Counted from the stretch's first letter, positions 1 through 11,516 are shown. The stretch: DNA of 30,000 nucleotides from Takakia lepidozioides (GCA_030704615.1 JAKLZA010000218.1:1-30000); one strand, 5' to 3'. The notes: a model not told the origin generated them from the sequence alone. Translations and numbers: made by a program.

Positions 1-315
1 ACTGCCAGTATGCTGGGACGTGTCCTTTGTCGTATGGATTGCTGTTTGCACAAGGTGCAGTATGCAAATGCTGGAATGTGCAGTAGGACCCTTCCCACTG
101 GGACACAGAACTAGCAATCTTGTAAAGGCATCACATTCTGCAGAACAGTAACAATGTATTTGTAGCAAATTGGAGTCTTCTCATAAAGGTGGACGAAATT
201 CACATGTAGCCATGGCGATGCGGCACCACCAAGTGTATAATTCCTCACAAAAAAATAGGGTGCAAGAAGATGAATGTAATATAATTGCCACTTTCTCCTT
301 CCCGAATGTGGAATG

Positions 316-3300
316 TCAAGCAGTCCGACCAGTATCCTGCCGTAGGGCCTTGTGCAGCTCGTTGAAACTCAGTGTTGGAGCATGGATGAAGACGTCCACT
401 GCGGATATGCAACTCATGCGCTTCATAAAAATGTAATAAAGGTGTTTGCAGGGGACGTATGCTGCATTCCTCGATTCCATAACAAGGAAGTCCTCACAGT
501 TGCAAGCTGGGTACTGTGAAACCGTGATTGCATACACGACACTGCGCGCAGCAGACCCGGCTGTTGACAACTGAAATATGCGCCCCATCCCGGGGTGAGG
601 AACATCCCTGCAACCTTGCACTATGCAGGGCATTGCAAGAGCGTTGGCCATCCTGGTGTCGTTCGCCTTTGATGGTGGCCGCCGTCTTTTCAGTTTACCC
701 CACCGATGGGTGGGCCAAGCTGCGGGGTCACCCACCGGTATGCGGGGCGAAGAGCTTCTCGTGGGAGGAGGATGACGATTGGGAATTGGATTTCGTGGAA
801 CGTCTGTCCTCTCTACCAGTCGAAACCCTGCACTTCCTAGAGCGTCTGCCTCCTCCAGGGTAAGATCTGTACCAGTTGCCACAGGCCAGACTGCCGGTGG
901 TTCAGGCATACCTTGTACACCATACTTGGGCTTGCCGAACACACACGACATGATGTCGTGCCTGCAGAACCAAAACTCCTTCAGTGTGGCCTCCACAAAC
1001 TTTGCGCACACAAATCTCCCTGTGAAGCAAGGGGCAGGCACACCGCCCTGCGGGCTCCTCCGAATCATCTCATTGCATCTCTGGTTGGTGTCGACACGAA
1101 CAGCACAACATTTGCCACGAAATGTCGGACGGGTCCGTGCAATTCTCCACTGCGAGGCCGACACATCTCGCTCCACGATTGGAATGTTGTATTGGGTAAC
1201 GAAAACAGGAGCAACATGCCCATCCTCGGCATGTTGTCCCGAGTCTGGCAGCGATTCCATGGATGCTGCAGGAGAGGGGGTACGAGTCCTGCTTCGTGGA
1301 GGCGTGGGACACAACATCGTTGCGCCCCGAGGTTGAGTGCGGATGTTCATATCTGATCTCCATGAATCCCCATCCCCTCCGGGCATGTCCTCAATTCTTC
1401 TCTTCACCGGCCGGCTGCGGACATCGCCCTCCAGGCAGTTCCCCCGACTGTGTAACGGCGTTGACCTTATAGTTTCCCGCAATGCAGCAGTCCATTTTTT
1501 GGGATCGGTCGAACGATGCGCCGCCCTCATCAGCATCTCCTGCCTGTCTGGTCCGATACCCCATTGCTTTCCTCCCAGAAACTGGTAGTAATGAGATTGT
1601 TGCATGATGGCCCTCACAATATCTTCTGTTGTTGCTGTCAACATGTCAACGAGATGTGCTGCAGAGGAAGCACGCCAGGAAGAGTGCACCGATTCGGCCA
1701 TGTTCGTCGTCGGCATATCCGTGTCATCCTCCAAGCTCATGTCCTGTTGAAGGAAATTAGATATGTCACTGATTGTGGAGAATGTCCAAGCACAAAACAG
1801 AACAATTGTCAAGTACAGAAATGTGTTACCTGTCTCATGTAGTCTCCAAACTGGCGGAATCTATAATGCCACCACGCAAGCCACGTTTGCAGTTCTGGCT
1901 GATCTTTCACATCCACTGCCCCTGAAGACACCCACCAGGCGCGTATGGTTGCAAACTCGGTCTCCGCCTCGTCGATGGAATTCGCATTTTTCCACGCTAG
2001 GCACATACTGATATGATCCTGCCGGTGGCGTGACGCCACGAACCTTTTCGTGTTTTGCGTCAAACTCTGCATGAAGTGGAACCCGCAAGATCTCTCCTTT
2101 CCTTCCATTGGAGTCTTTGGGTCGTCCCCATATACCCTCCTAACTGCAGCCCAGTTTGCCTGGGCATTGTCAGCCATGAAGCCCCTAAAATCGGGAGGGG
2201 GCAACTTGGCTCTCGCCATTTGCTCATTAATTCCGCGCCACATATGCAACTCCGAATCTGTGTCTTCTCCCTTCATTTCGCAGATAGCAATGGTCATCAA
2301 CTTTCTGCAATGTGGGTCGTATACATGTGCCCCCATTGTCACCCAATCGTGGTTGGTAATTCGCCGGATGTGGTCAAACATGACCCAACAATTTGAGAGG
2401 TCTCCACTGGTCATCCGCTTCACCAAATCGACGCCGCTCCCCGGTCCGCACGTTGACATCTTAAATATGAAGCACCTGTCCATCTCCGAGCCTTGACCAG
2501 GAAAGAAGCTGCCTTGGATGAAGTCGTAGCCGCATGTGCGTTTCACTTCCAAGATGGAGTGCATGTCTGATCCTCTTCCGATTCGTTTCTTGCAGCTGAC
2601 AATGTGGTTCCTGACATTGGGGCTGCACACATGGGAGACAGCTTCCAGCAGGTCCTTCATGTCCCCCTCGCCCAGCTTCTCTCTTGTGCTTCCGTCCTCC
2701 GACATTATTCTGCCAATTGCAATCCTATGTGCCGATGCGAGCTGTATCTGCTTTGGTTTTGCACCCGGCCTCAACCTCACCTCCTCCTTGATAATATCCT
2801 GGGCTTGTTGAAAAGCGACTCTGCAATTGCCTCTGGCGAGGGGGTGCTCATGCTTTCCGATGTGAATGCATGCTCTGGTGCACGCTGGGCCGACGGTCCC
2901 GACGTAGTACTGCTTGGCGTTGCACACTGCCATGCACGTAGGGGCTGCGTTGCAATGGGCACACTTGAACGTCCCTGCAGGAACTCTACCTTGAGGCCAA
3001 AATGGGGTCGACGAATTGCCAATCCAGTCAGTCTCATTCCTGGTGCCTTTGCTAGTGTAATGGTAACATGTGCTCGAGAAACATTTAAGATGCCCAGCAC
3101 ACAATACATATCTCACTCGAACTCCATCACCCAGGTTGGACGATGAAGTTTTGGTGACACACCAAGGGTGGCCGTCATGTTTCCTGTTCATTCCTGCGAG
3201 CATGCCGTCTGGGCCTGCGCCTGCCGGCACTGGAGGGAACTCGTAGATAGCATTCCCATCCACAACATCAGGCAAAGTTTCCACAGAATGGATTGGAGTT

Positions 3301-4022
3301 TTGTCGTAATCAAGCCTAAGAAGGTCACTGGAGCGGGAACCCGTTGTCTTCATCCTCCGCAATATGTCGATTACTGAGCGGACGGAAGTTGAGTCGGACG
3401 GTGTATGCTGAACACTCCTAGTGACGGACGACTTCGAAACATACGATGGAAGGACCATACAGTCTTCATCGTCACTGGATAAGTCCTGGACGACTGTTTC
3501 CCTGTTTTCCTGGATTTCCCTTTTCACATGTTTGGGCTTCTCTGCTTGTGAAGAGGTGCCCACATCCTTCACATCTTGCACGCCAGACCCTCTTGTGGAA
3601 GGAGGATCAACCAAGTTCCAGCGTGGGAACTCTTTAGGCACGATTTCACCAATGGCACTGTACCGGATGGATTCAGAAGCTGGGAGCCGCCACTCTTTGC
3701 CTTTTCCGAAATCTGCATGCAGAATGACGGCACTTTCCAGAAAATTTCCATAAGCATCCTTCGTCTCCTCTTCCAAAAACACCGTTCCAGGGCGGAGCCC
3801 GAACTTCACACACAAGTACTGCTCAGTGACAATCGCAAATCCTTGGTCGCAGGGTATTTTAGCTTTCAGAGAATCAGGATGGAAGTACACGTTGACCCAA
3901 ACACGGGAGTCCATTTTGAAGACGGGACCTCTCGGTACGCTCCGCAGCGAAGTCCTGCAATGAGAAGAGTGTGTCCTACCTAATAACACAAATGATTTTC
4001 TGGAGGATTCCGTATCCAACAT
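316..4022 (-). CDS. MULE (Mutator-family) DDE transposase, two exons: 4022-1830 joined to 1743-316; about 1206 aa (about 1170 aa if it starts at the ATG at 3914)
   Basis: Motifs in order: GCM/WRKY-like Zn domain (DGHPW...CAGHLKC...CAHC...CNAK...GKHEHP, ~3180-2840), first D (VMFDH ~2374), second D (FMADN ~2170), CxxH (CGFH ~2080), catalytic E (TTNMAESVH ~1694) and SWIM finger (CNCEDF...PCKH ~505-441). The two ORFs join in frame across a phase-0 GT-AG intron: ...DYMRQ|DMSLED... Confidence 0.92.
1744..1829 (-). other. 86-bp spliceosomal intron in the transposase
   Basis: Minus-strand donor CAG|GTAACA and acceptor TTTCCTTCAACAG|GAC. Removing it fuses ORF 1809-4022 to ORF 316-1812 exactly in frame and completes the DDE triad. 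Confidence 0.88.
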
Positions 4023-4162
4023 GATGGGTGATCAGTGCACGTAAAGATGAAGGTGTGTAACGTACGTTAAAAAAACGGACGAAAACAGCAAGTTCACATC
4101 GGATATTTGGTGCCTGAATTGTAATGTACAACCACTTGGGGTACAATAAATCAGGCCTTCCC

Positions 4163-6030
4163 ATGAATTTCGGCACCGAAATCTGGATGAACATCTCTGT
4201 CATGTAACAGCTTTGGAAGCCAAGGGATGAATTCTGGCAACAGAAATCGTAATTTGTTTACCTCATTAAACTGACCAAGCACCCAACGGATGGATTTCGG
4301 TGCCGAAATTCGGATGAACTTCTTCTTCATTAAATTGTATCTGCACATATGGGTTGAATTTAGATGCCAAAATACGGATAAATGTGTTCCTGATTACAGT
4401 CGTGATTGACCACGTGTCCGGATATCGGTGCCGACTTCCGAATGACAGTAATCCTGATTCGGCAGAATGGATGTATTTCGGCGCCGAAATTCATTCTTCA
4501 TCTCCTTTTCCGACCCTAATTCTGCTGCCCTGCGTATGGATTTCGGTGCCAGAATTCATCGGAAGTCCTTTCTGTTTTTATTTTTCTTTGCGACAGATGA
4601 ACTTTGGCGCCGAATCTCATCCAAGTACTCCCTTTTAATTTTCCTTTTTCTTCGAGAGCAATGAATTTCGGCGCCGAAATTCAACCAAAATCCTCCCGAT
4701 TTTTTTTTTTTTCTTCGCGAGCATTGAATTTCGGCGCCGAAATTCATTCCAAGTCCAGGAGATAATTTTTATTTTCCTTCGCGAGCAATGAATTTCGGCG
4801 CCGAAATTCATCCGAAGTCCTCCCGAATTTTTTTTTTTCCTTCGCGAGCAATGAATTTCGGCGCCGAAATTCATCCGAAGTCCTCCAGAATTTTTTTTCC
4901 TTCGCGAGCATGAATTTCGGCGCCGAAATTCAGCCGACTTCATCCCTCCAAATTCTTTTCAGGGTTTTAGCGCCGGATTTCGGCGCCGAAATTCATCCAA
5001 TGCCTTCCCTCCAATATTTATTTTTCTTTGAAATGGATGAATTTCGGCGCCGAAATTCGTCCAAACCCGGCACTTACTTTTTACTTTTGGATGATAATTT
5101 TCCGTAAATCGTTGGAAATACCCCGTTCCGACGAATATAACAGGAATATTCTGCATTTAATGGAGAAATCGGCATATTAAACCACTTCTGTCAAAATTAA
5201 TTGCATTTTAGCCGTTTTTTTTCATTTGAAACCGACAGTATCCATGAAGTGGTCTTTTTCGCACGGGACGTTGCCGCACATAAAGTATAATTTCGGCGCC
5301 GAAATTATAGTTAAATGTCCAGAAATGGCAAGTCCAACAGGCATGGACAGCATCCGTCAGGGGCAATGATGGCGGCAAAGCATAGCATCGTGCCGATTTA
5401 GTCTTCGCTCTGGATGAATTTCGGCGCCGAAATATGGATGATTTCACCTCGTCTACGCGCGGACGGACATATTCGTAATGAATTTCGGCGCCGAAATATG
5501 GATGAAATGTGCCGAAGTGCAGCCGTTTCCGTTGTCTCGGAATTAATTCCGGCTCCGATATCCCACCGACAGGTTTGCTCATGACGATGAGGACTTGGAA
5601 GCGATGAATTTCGGCGCCGAAATATGGATGATTTCACCTCGTCTACGCGCGGACGGACATATTCGTAATGAATTTCGACGCCGAAATATGGATGAAATGT
5701 GCCGAAGTGCAGCCGTTTCCGTTGTCCCGGAATTAATTCCGGCTCCGATATCCCACTGACAGGTTTGCTCATGACGAATGAGGACTTGGGAAGCGATGAA
5801 TTGCGGCGCCGAAATTTGTAAGTTTGTGTATGAAAGCACTTGAATAGGATGAATTTCGGCGCCGAAATTCATCCGTCCGCTGATGAAACGTACCGACCTG
5901 ACTGTTGAATGTCATATGCAGGGGATTTTCATGGCGGTTGGGTTTCATGATGTGCGGATATTTCATTCAATGCCGGCTGCTCCGGGAACCGCATCCGGTG
6001 AACGGAACGTATTTCGGTGCCGCAATTCGG
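4163..6030. repeat. Array of ~25 exact or degenerate copies of the palindrome TGAATTTCGGCGCCGAAATTCA, mostly ~62-64 bp apart, in the divergent intergenic region
   Basis: Copies near 4165, 4228, 4292, 4355, 4420, 4474, 4538, 4600, 4661, 4725, 4788, 4851, 4910, 4975, 5037, 5288, 5413, 5478, 5543, 5603, 5668, 5733, 5795, 5847 and 6010. A perfect 28-bp palindrome GGATGAATTTCGGCGCCGAAATTCATCC sits at 5847-5874. Confidence 0.95.
5413..5815. repeat. ~190-bp tandem duplication (about 2.1 copies); each unit equals three ~63-bp palindrome periods
   Basis: Units start at 5413, 5603 and 5795 and are nearly identical. Each holds two strong palindromes and one degenerate copy (AATTCCGGCTCCGATAT). Confidence 0.93.
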
Positions 6031-6534
6031 ATAAACCGTCATACACTGGTGGCTGGAACTGGCACGCGTCGTGTTCCAGTCGACTTCATCCGTGCGAACG
6101 TGTCAGGGGTCACAATCTCTTCATCACCCATACGGCAGAAAGTGGTGGACGGTGGCAACGCTTCGGAGACGTGGCTGCTTACGCATCTGCTCGTGCATAG
6201 TGGTTGCATGTTCCACCGCTTCGCTCTCTCGCTCCTTGCCCTTCTGCAGTGACGTTCTCCTGCGTTTCCTCTCCTTATGCGGCATAGTGGTAGCATAGAG
6301 TTTGTGGAAGGTCAGGCAACTCCGGCAAAGAGGAGGACGCGGGATTTGGGAAGCCGACGACGACACGACTTAAGCTCCGTCTCATGCATGAAATGCAGAC
6401 GTCGTTATCCGGAGACTCGGATCGCCCACCAGTGAGAGATTCGTGCTTCGCGGATGTGAAGCACTCATACGCAATATTCCTTTTGACACCTTTGTTTTGG
6501 CGTGCAGTGTCTCATGTTTTCCTGTTTGTTTGAC

Positions 6535-9500
6535 ATGGGAGCTGGGGGAGGGATCGCAGGGGGGCGAGGCAACACAGTCAACTTTGGATACTCCTGCCCG
6601 GGGTGCTGCGCTCACAAGGTGGAAGTGCATCGAGGCAGACGAGTCCTCATTCAACCCTCAGATATCGCCTCCGAAAAGCCACCTAGAGTTCGGAAGCCGA
6701 GAAAGGAGAGAAAGCAGAGCCCATGGCTTCGCCAGTAAAACCCCTAGGGAGACTGGAAGCGGAGGTATTGGGTTTGCAGTCAATTTCAGAGAAAACACAG
6801 ATGCGGTGGAGGCCGCTGGAGATGTGGGAGTCGGATCTGCAGAAGGGCGGCCCATTCAACTGACAGAAGGAGAGGACGATAAACGTGGTACGACTTGGCG
6901 ACGATCAGAACCTGCTGGATCTTGCGGAGGAGCAAAACCTCCAGGATAGTACACAGGCTGGTGAGAGGGGTGAGGAAGTGACAGAGGTGATACAAGTAAG
7001 AAACTGGTGGCGGGTATGCTCATGAGCGCACGAGACATGAACATAGCAGCAAACAGGTTGCTGGCAGAGACTCATAGCAACATAGGCCGCGTTTTGGGCT
7101 CCATGGTGTATCCGAGAACCTTAAAGTTCCTTTGTGTCGCATGGTAAGCCTTCCAGTTGTAAGGCAAGCACTGCCAGGGGATATCGATCGACTGAAGCAC
7201 AACTTCAGAGAGAGAAGGGTACAGACGGGGGTCGGCAGCATTCTACGTTTCCATTGAGAATGACCAGGGTGTCACAAGGGGCCCCACTGCAGAGGAGCTT
7301 CAGAATTGGGGCCCCCACTGGCACACTGTTAATGCCGAGTTTGAAGCCTATTTGAAGACTAATCCCACATTCGCACACATGGAAGGGAAGATGTTCTTCG
7401 TTTGGGGGGGGGACCACAGGATGCTTGCCTGGACAGAGTACATTGCTGAAATGCATCCGCAAGATATCAGTTGGCATTACATGGTGGACTGCATTGTCGT
7501 GAAGGTGGACGTCAGGGACAGAGGACTGTTGAAGGGTGCCATGGCGGATATAAATCTGTAAGTATACAATTACATCCTTGTGTACTGCCTATTGCGGCGC
7601 CGAAATAGGCAATGTTCACCACTGTCATGCACTCTATGAATGGAAATTGGATTGCTGTGCCGAAATCATATTTTCATGTTGTTTTTTTCTCCATGGCAGG
7701 GTAACAGAGAGGCCTTCGTGGAAACTCATCTGGCACATACGCTCTACAGAGTGCAAGAAGTGGGGACAGCTCCGCTGACGGACTTCCAAAAGTCCCTCGA
7801 TCCCGAGCTGTACAGGAAGTCCCTAGCGAAAGCAGATCGCACCTGGTACCGACCAACACTGGACGCCATGGTGGAGACCTCTATTCGGTGAGGTTCATCT
7901 CAAATTTCAGTATCAATTTAATGTATTTGTTGCAAGGATCCGTGGCCTGACTATATATGCTGGGTATGGGAATGCAGACGAACATCAGGGATGACTTGGC
8001 CTATGCCAAAAGGCAGTTCTTTGAGAATGATGCCCCCAACAAGGCGGACGCGTCGATAGAGAGTCATATTGTGCAGGCAGGGAAGCAATCCCGGACCAAG
8101 TACAGGTCCAAACTTGTTAAGCAAGTTGCAATCGCTGACCCTGGTCTTGGTGCCGAGTTCCTGGCGGAGATAGGACTGCATTACTCCAGACCCATGAAAC
8201 CGGAAATGTCCATGGAGAAACTTCATCACATCGCAGTGTCCTGTGTTGAGCCGGCGGAGAAGGTAAGCATGTGTTTATTCTTTTGTGACTTCTCGCGATT
8301 CTTATGTTGGAGCTCTTGTCTGACCGATGTGAGGTGGCTGCAGACGACGAGGTGGCTGCGAATCTGGAACGGCCATACAAACACGAAGCTGCTGTACCAC
8401 TTTCCCATCGAGCCAACAGACGACAAAATGAACGACTGGCTCAATGTCATGACTTGGTGGCATCAGGTATAATTTTCTCCTATTCTGTGTTGGACATCGT
8501 CGCAATTTCAAAAATCATGAATGTTTTGGAAACCTGCCATGATGCAGGTACTGACCCACGCCCAGGAGCAATTGGACTGCAACACCACCACTTTCAAGTT
8601 ACAGATCGACTGGACGAAGCCTGAGACAATGGAGAACTACGTGCAGTCGTGGGCGAGGGCGCTTCGCAAACCTCTTTTTCAGAGAAATTGCAAAGGCAAG
8701 ACGCAGCGTATACATCGAAGAGCAGGAGGGTGCCGACAAAGCGGCAATGCGTGTCCTGTTCAGGTAATCTGCTGACAATGCATCCCCCTATTTGCAGTTT
8801 AGATGATTTGGTTAAGCAGCGATGGATATTGCGGCGCCGAAATATACCTCTGCAAGATGTGAGTTCTGGGTAATTGGGGCACGGTCCACTCCGTATTTCG
8901 TGCCGAAATACCTTGTGCATTGACAACTTCCACTTGCATGATGCATCGGTAGAATGATTTTTGTTGAACTGCCTCGTGATTGCAGGTACATAAACTTTGC
9001 ACTCATTCCGTCCGGAGCCATTCAAAGGGTTCCACCATTCTTCCTGGCGTGGAGGACACCTGGAGGTCGTGGAACGATGTACACAGAAGTAATGGCGAAG
9101 GAGTGGCATGCCGAGCATTTGGTAAACTGCCCTGGTATGTGGATCTCCCAAGTGGGACCGTTGACCTCTCGGAGGTTAACTTGAAGAAGGAAGCGAATGC
9201 CAGGGCTATGAAGGCGCAATCGGATCCCCAACCAGAGGACGCGGAAAGACTGAAAGCAGAGGAGGCAGCCAAGCAGAAAGCACTGAGAAAGTCAGCCAAG
9301 GCGGCAGCGTTGGCGAAGGAGCAGATGGAGAAGCAGGCAGCTGAGCAGCCCAAGGACAGGAAGAAAAGAACGCGCAACAAAGGGGCAAGAGACGAAGACC
9401 CCCACACCCAAGAAGAAGAAGCAGCAAAAACAGTCAGCCAGATGAGGAGGATTCGGACGACGATTTCCAGCAGGAAAACACCCAGGGGGCCACACCTCGT

Positions 9501-11516
9501 CCGAAAATTCACAAGGGCCAGCGCTCCGGGGGGGGTCGGGCTGCAAAGAGATCACTATACGAGGATGCACCTGGCAGACCCTACCGTGCGGTGCAGATTG
9601 CGGGCAGGGAAGTCCTCAAAACACCCACAATTGTGGAGTGTGTTAATGAAAATTTCCTAACTGCTCTGACCAGAAGGCTGGAGATAACGAGTTTGAGGAA
9701 GGCGATCGAGGCCCACCAGGGGAAGGGGAAGAGGAAGGCCACTGGCAATGATATGGAGGACACTCCTGGCTACACAAAGATGATGGAGTATTTTGTGGCG
9801 ATGAGCCACGGCAAAAAGAGCACAGTCGGGGGCAGGGCGGTGAAAGCCTCCATCGACATGATCCTTGTGGATATCCCGGATGGGCAGGAGATACTGGGGC
9901 TGGGCTCAGTTCCTGGTGGAACAAGTACGACGAAACGATACTGGAGCCACACATTCGGGTTCGCAGCCAACATGTTGGACGACGTTGGCTGTGTTGTTGT
10001 GCTAGCAGCCGATGGAGAAGTCACTGAGAATGATATCAAAGTATGGACGGGGAGAAGTGCAGCACCCATCCTGAAAAAGATCTGGACTTGCATCAACACG
10101 CAGGGTCTTCTCAACGATGGCCAGAAGGTATGCTGTGGTTCTCCTCTGCTATGTCAATTTCTTGGCCAAATTGCCCCTGTACATGTAGGCCACCTCTGAC
10201 GTTTTCATTTCCTTCTCTGCAGACTCTTATCTTTCAGGCATTTTGCTTCGTGAAGGAACATTCGAAATTCAAATTACGTGAAGCAGGAAGACTTGTTGAT
10301 TCCACAGTTGATCCACTGGAGTATAACGTCCTGTTCAACCATGTGGGAGAGAAGGACATTCTTTGTGATTTGTCGGGCAAGCCATGGAGGTATGGCAGGA
10401 CCAGGAGTCCTGCATTCATCCAGACGCTCATGGAAACGTGTACGGATGTTGAAGGCAGGGTCCTTGACGTCACTGCAAATACAGGTGAGAACGTTAATTG
10501 AATGCGGCACTGAAATTGACACCATTTCCGTTTCTGTAGTTTGCTTGTGCGAGGAAGCGACTCATTCTTGAGTTTGGCTGTGGTTGTCGTATGAATTCGC
10601 AGGTGCCTGTATGTGGGCGGGAAGGATGTCGAACCGATTGTGTTCTCATTTGAGGGGATACGGCCTTGTACGATTACAATTTGGCGGGCCTTCAGCGTCT
10701 GCCTCCGACTGAGGATCCCAAAAAACGCAGAAGAGGACGTGGAAGGAGAGGAGGAAGATGAAGAGGAGGAAGTCCGGGAAATTCGTTCGATGCAGGGGCG
10801 CCCGAAGCCGCTTCCCCAATGCCTGTCTTCGAGTGAGTTGCACCATAGTAAGTGTATTGGTTTCGGTTGTAGGGACCATGCAACCTGCCGATGATTCCCT
10901 GTTTGAATTCTCTAATGTACTTCATTCTATGTTTGTGCGTACACTCAGCCTTGCAGAGTCGTCCGACGAGGAGAAGCTGGGAGACTTGCTCAAATCGGAC
11001 CCTGTTGCAGAGGAGGAGACAGAATCGCATCGGCCATTCTTTGCCAGAAAATCGTTTCTCGCGAGTCCCCAGAAGCCCTTTTTTCTACCAGCGTATGCAG
11101 ACACGGCTGCCAAAGAAGCCATCAGGAGGGAGGATAGGCCTACTCGGTTAGAGCAATTGACATACGGGAATGAGCAGAGAATTATAATGAGGCGTGAGGC
11201 CAAACATAGAATTGTGAAAGGCAGAGTAGGGAAGTTCGTAATAGAATCCGCGTCCGAGAGCGAGGGGAATGTCGAGGAGACTTCCGCACCCAGGTGGACA
11301 GTTCCGGCTGGTGAGGATGGTATTTTTGAGGGGAGGGCTTCTCAGAGTAACAGCGGTAGCGGCAGTGCAGGTTCGGAGGCAGGTGGAAGGCAGCCATCCT
11401 TGCATGGGGCGGGGATGCATCGGACAGTGATAGCGGATCCTCACCATAGCAAAGTCTCATTTGGATCCTTTTGTTGTACAGTTCTGAAACACTTAATGAA
11501 TATATTGACGATTTGA
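6535..11516 (+). CDS. Multi-exon accessory gene: ParB/Srx-like domain, helical and charged linker, beta-class N6A/N4C DNA methyltransferase-like domain, acidic tail; several apparent frameshifts (pseudogene or consensus errors); start and stop approximate
   Basis: Plus-strand ORF fragments are linked by GT-AG introns at 7558-7699, 7888-7977, 8263-8343, 8467-8547, 8764-8985, 10128-10222, 10485-10602 and possibly ~10833-10956. Several join exactly in frame, e.g. DGQK|TLIF, TANT-G|ACMW, PAEK|TTRW and WWHQ|VLTH. Confidence 0.7.
7090..7557 (+). other. ParB/sulfiredoxin-like domain coding segment
   Basis: Reconstructed across one frameshift near 7210: KVPLCRMVSLPVVRQALPGDIDRLKHNF..GYRRGSAAFYVSIE...WGPHWHTVNAEFE...KMFFVWGGDHRMLAWTEYI...VDCIVV. 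The hhhhGGDHRxxA segment matches the ParB/Srx signature hhhDGxHRxxA. Confidence 0.6.
9845..10695 (+). other. Beta-class (motif IV, then TRD, X, I, II) N6-adenine/N4-cytosine DNA methyltransferase-like domain over three exons
   Basis: SIDMILVDIPDG resembles motif IV (xDLIxTDPPY). ANMLDDVGCVVV resembles RxLKPxGxhhh. RSPAFIQTLMETCTDVEGRVLDVTANTG|ACMWAGRMSNR resembles KPxxLxxxLIxxxTxxGxxVLDPFxGSGTTxxAAxxxGR. After a 1-nt shift comes IVFSFEG, resembling motif II (xxIGxE). Confidence 0.68.

Noticed and set aside
1809-1829. Treating 1809-4022 and 316-1812 as two genes or a frameshifted pseudogene
   Set aside because: A canonical 86-bp intron joins them in frame, and the DDE triad is split between the two ORFs.
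170-3983. Plus-strand and alternate-frame ORFs overlapping the transposase
   Set aside because: They are shadow ORFs of a GC-rich coding region, with no recognisable motifs.
4163-5874. CRISPR array (palindromic repeats with ~35-40-bp spacers)
   Set aside because: Spacers are related to each other, low-complexity or duplicated; repeats decay at the edges and recur in introns; there are no cas genes; the context is eukaryotic and spliced.
4354-5966. Short ORFs with repeated NFGAEIH / EFRRRNS peptides
   Set aside because: These are translations of the DNA palindrome, appearing identically on both strands; they are not proteins.
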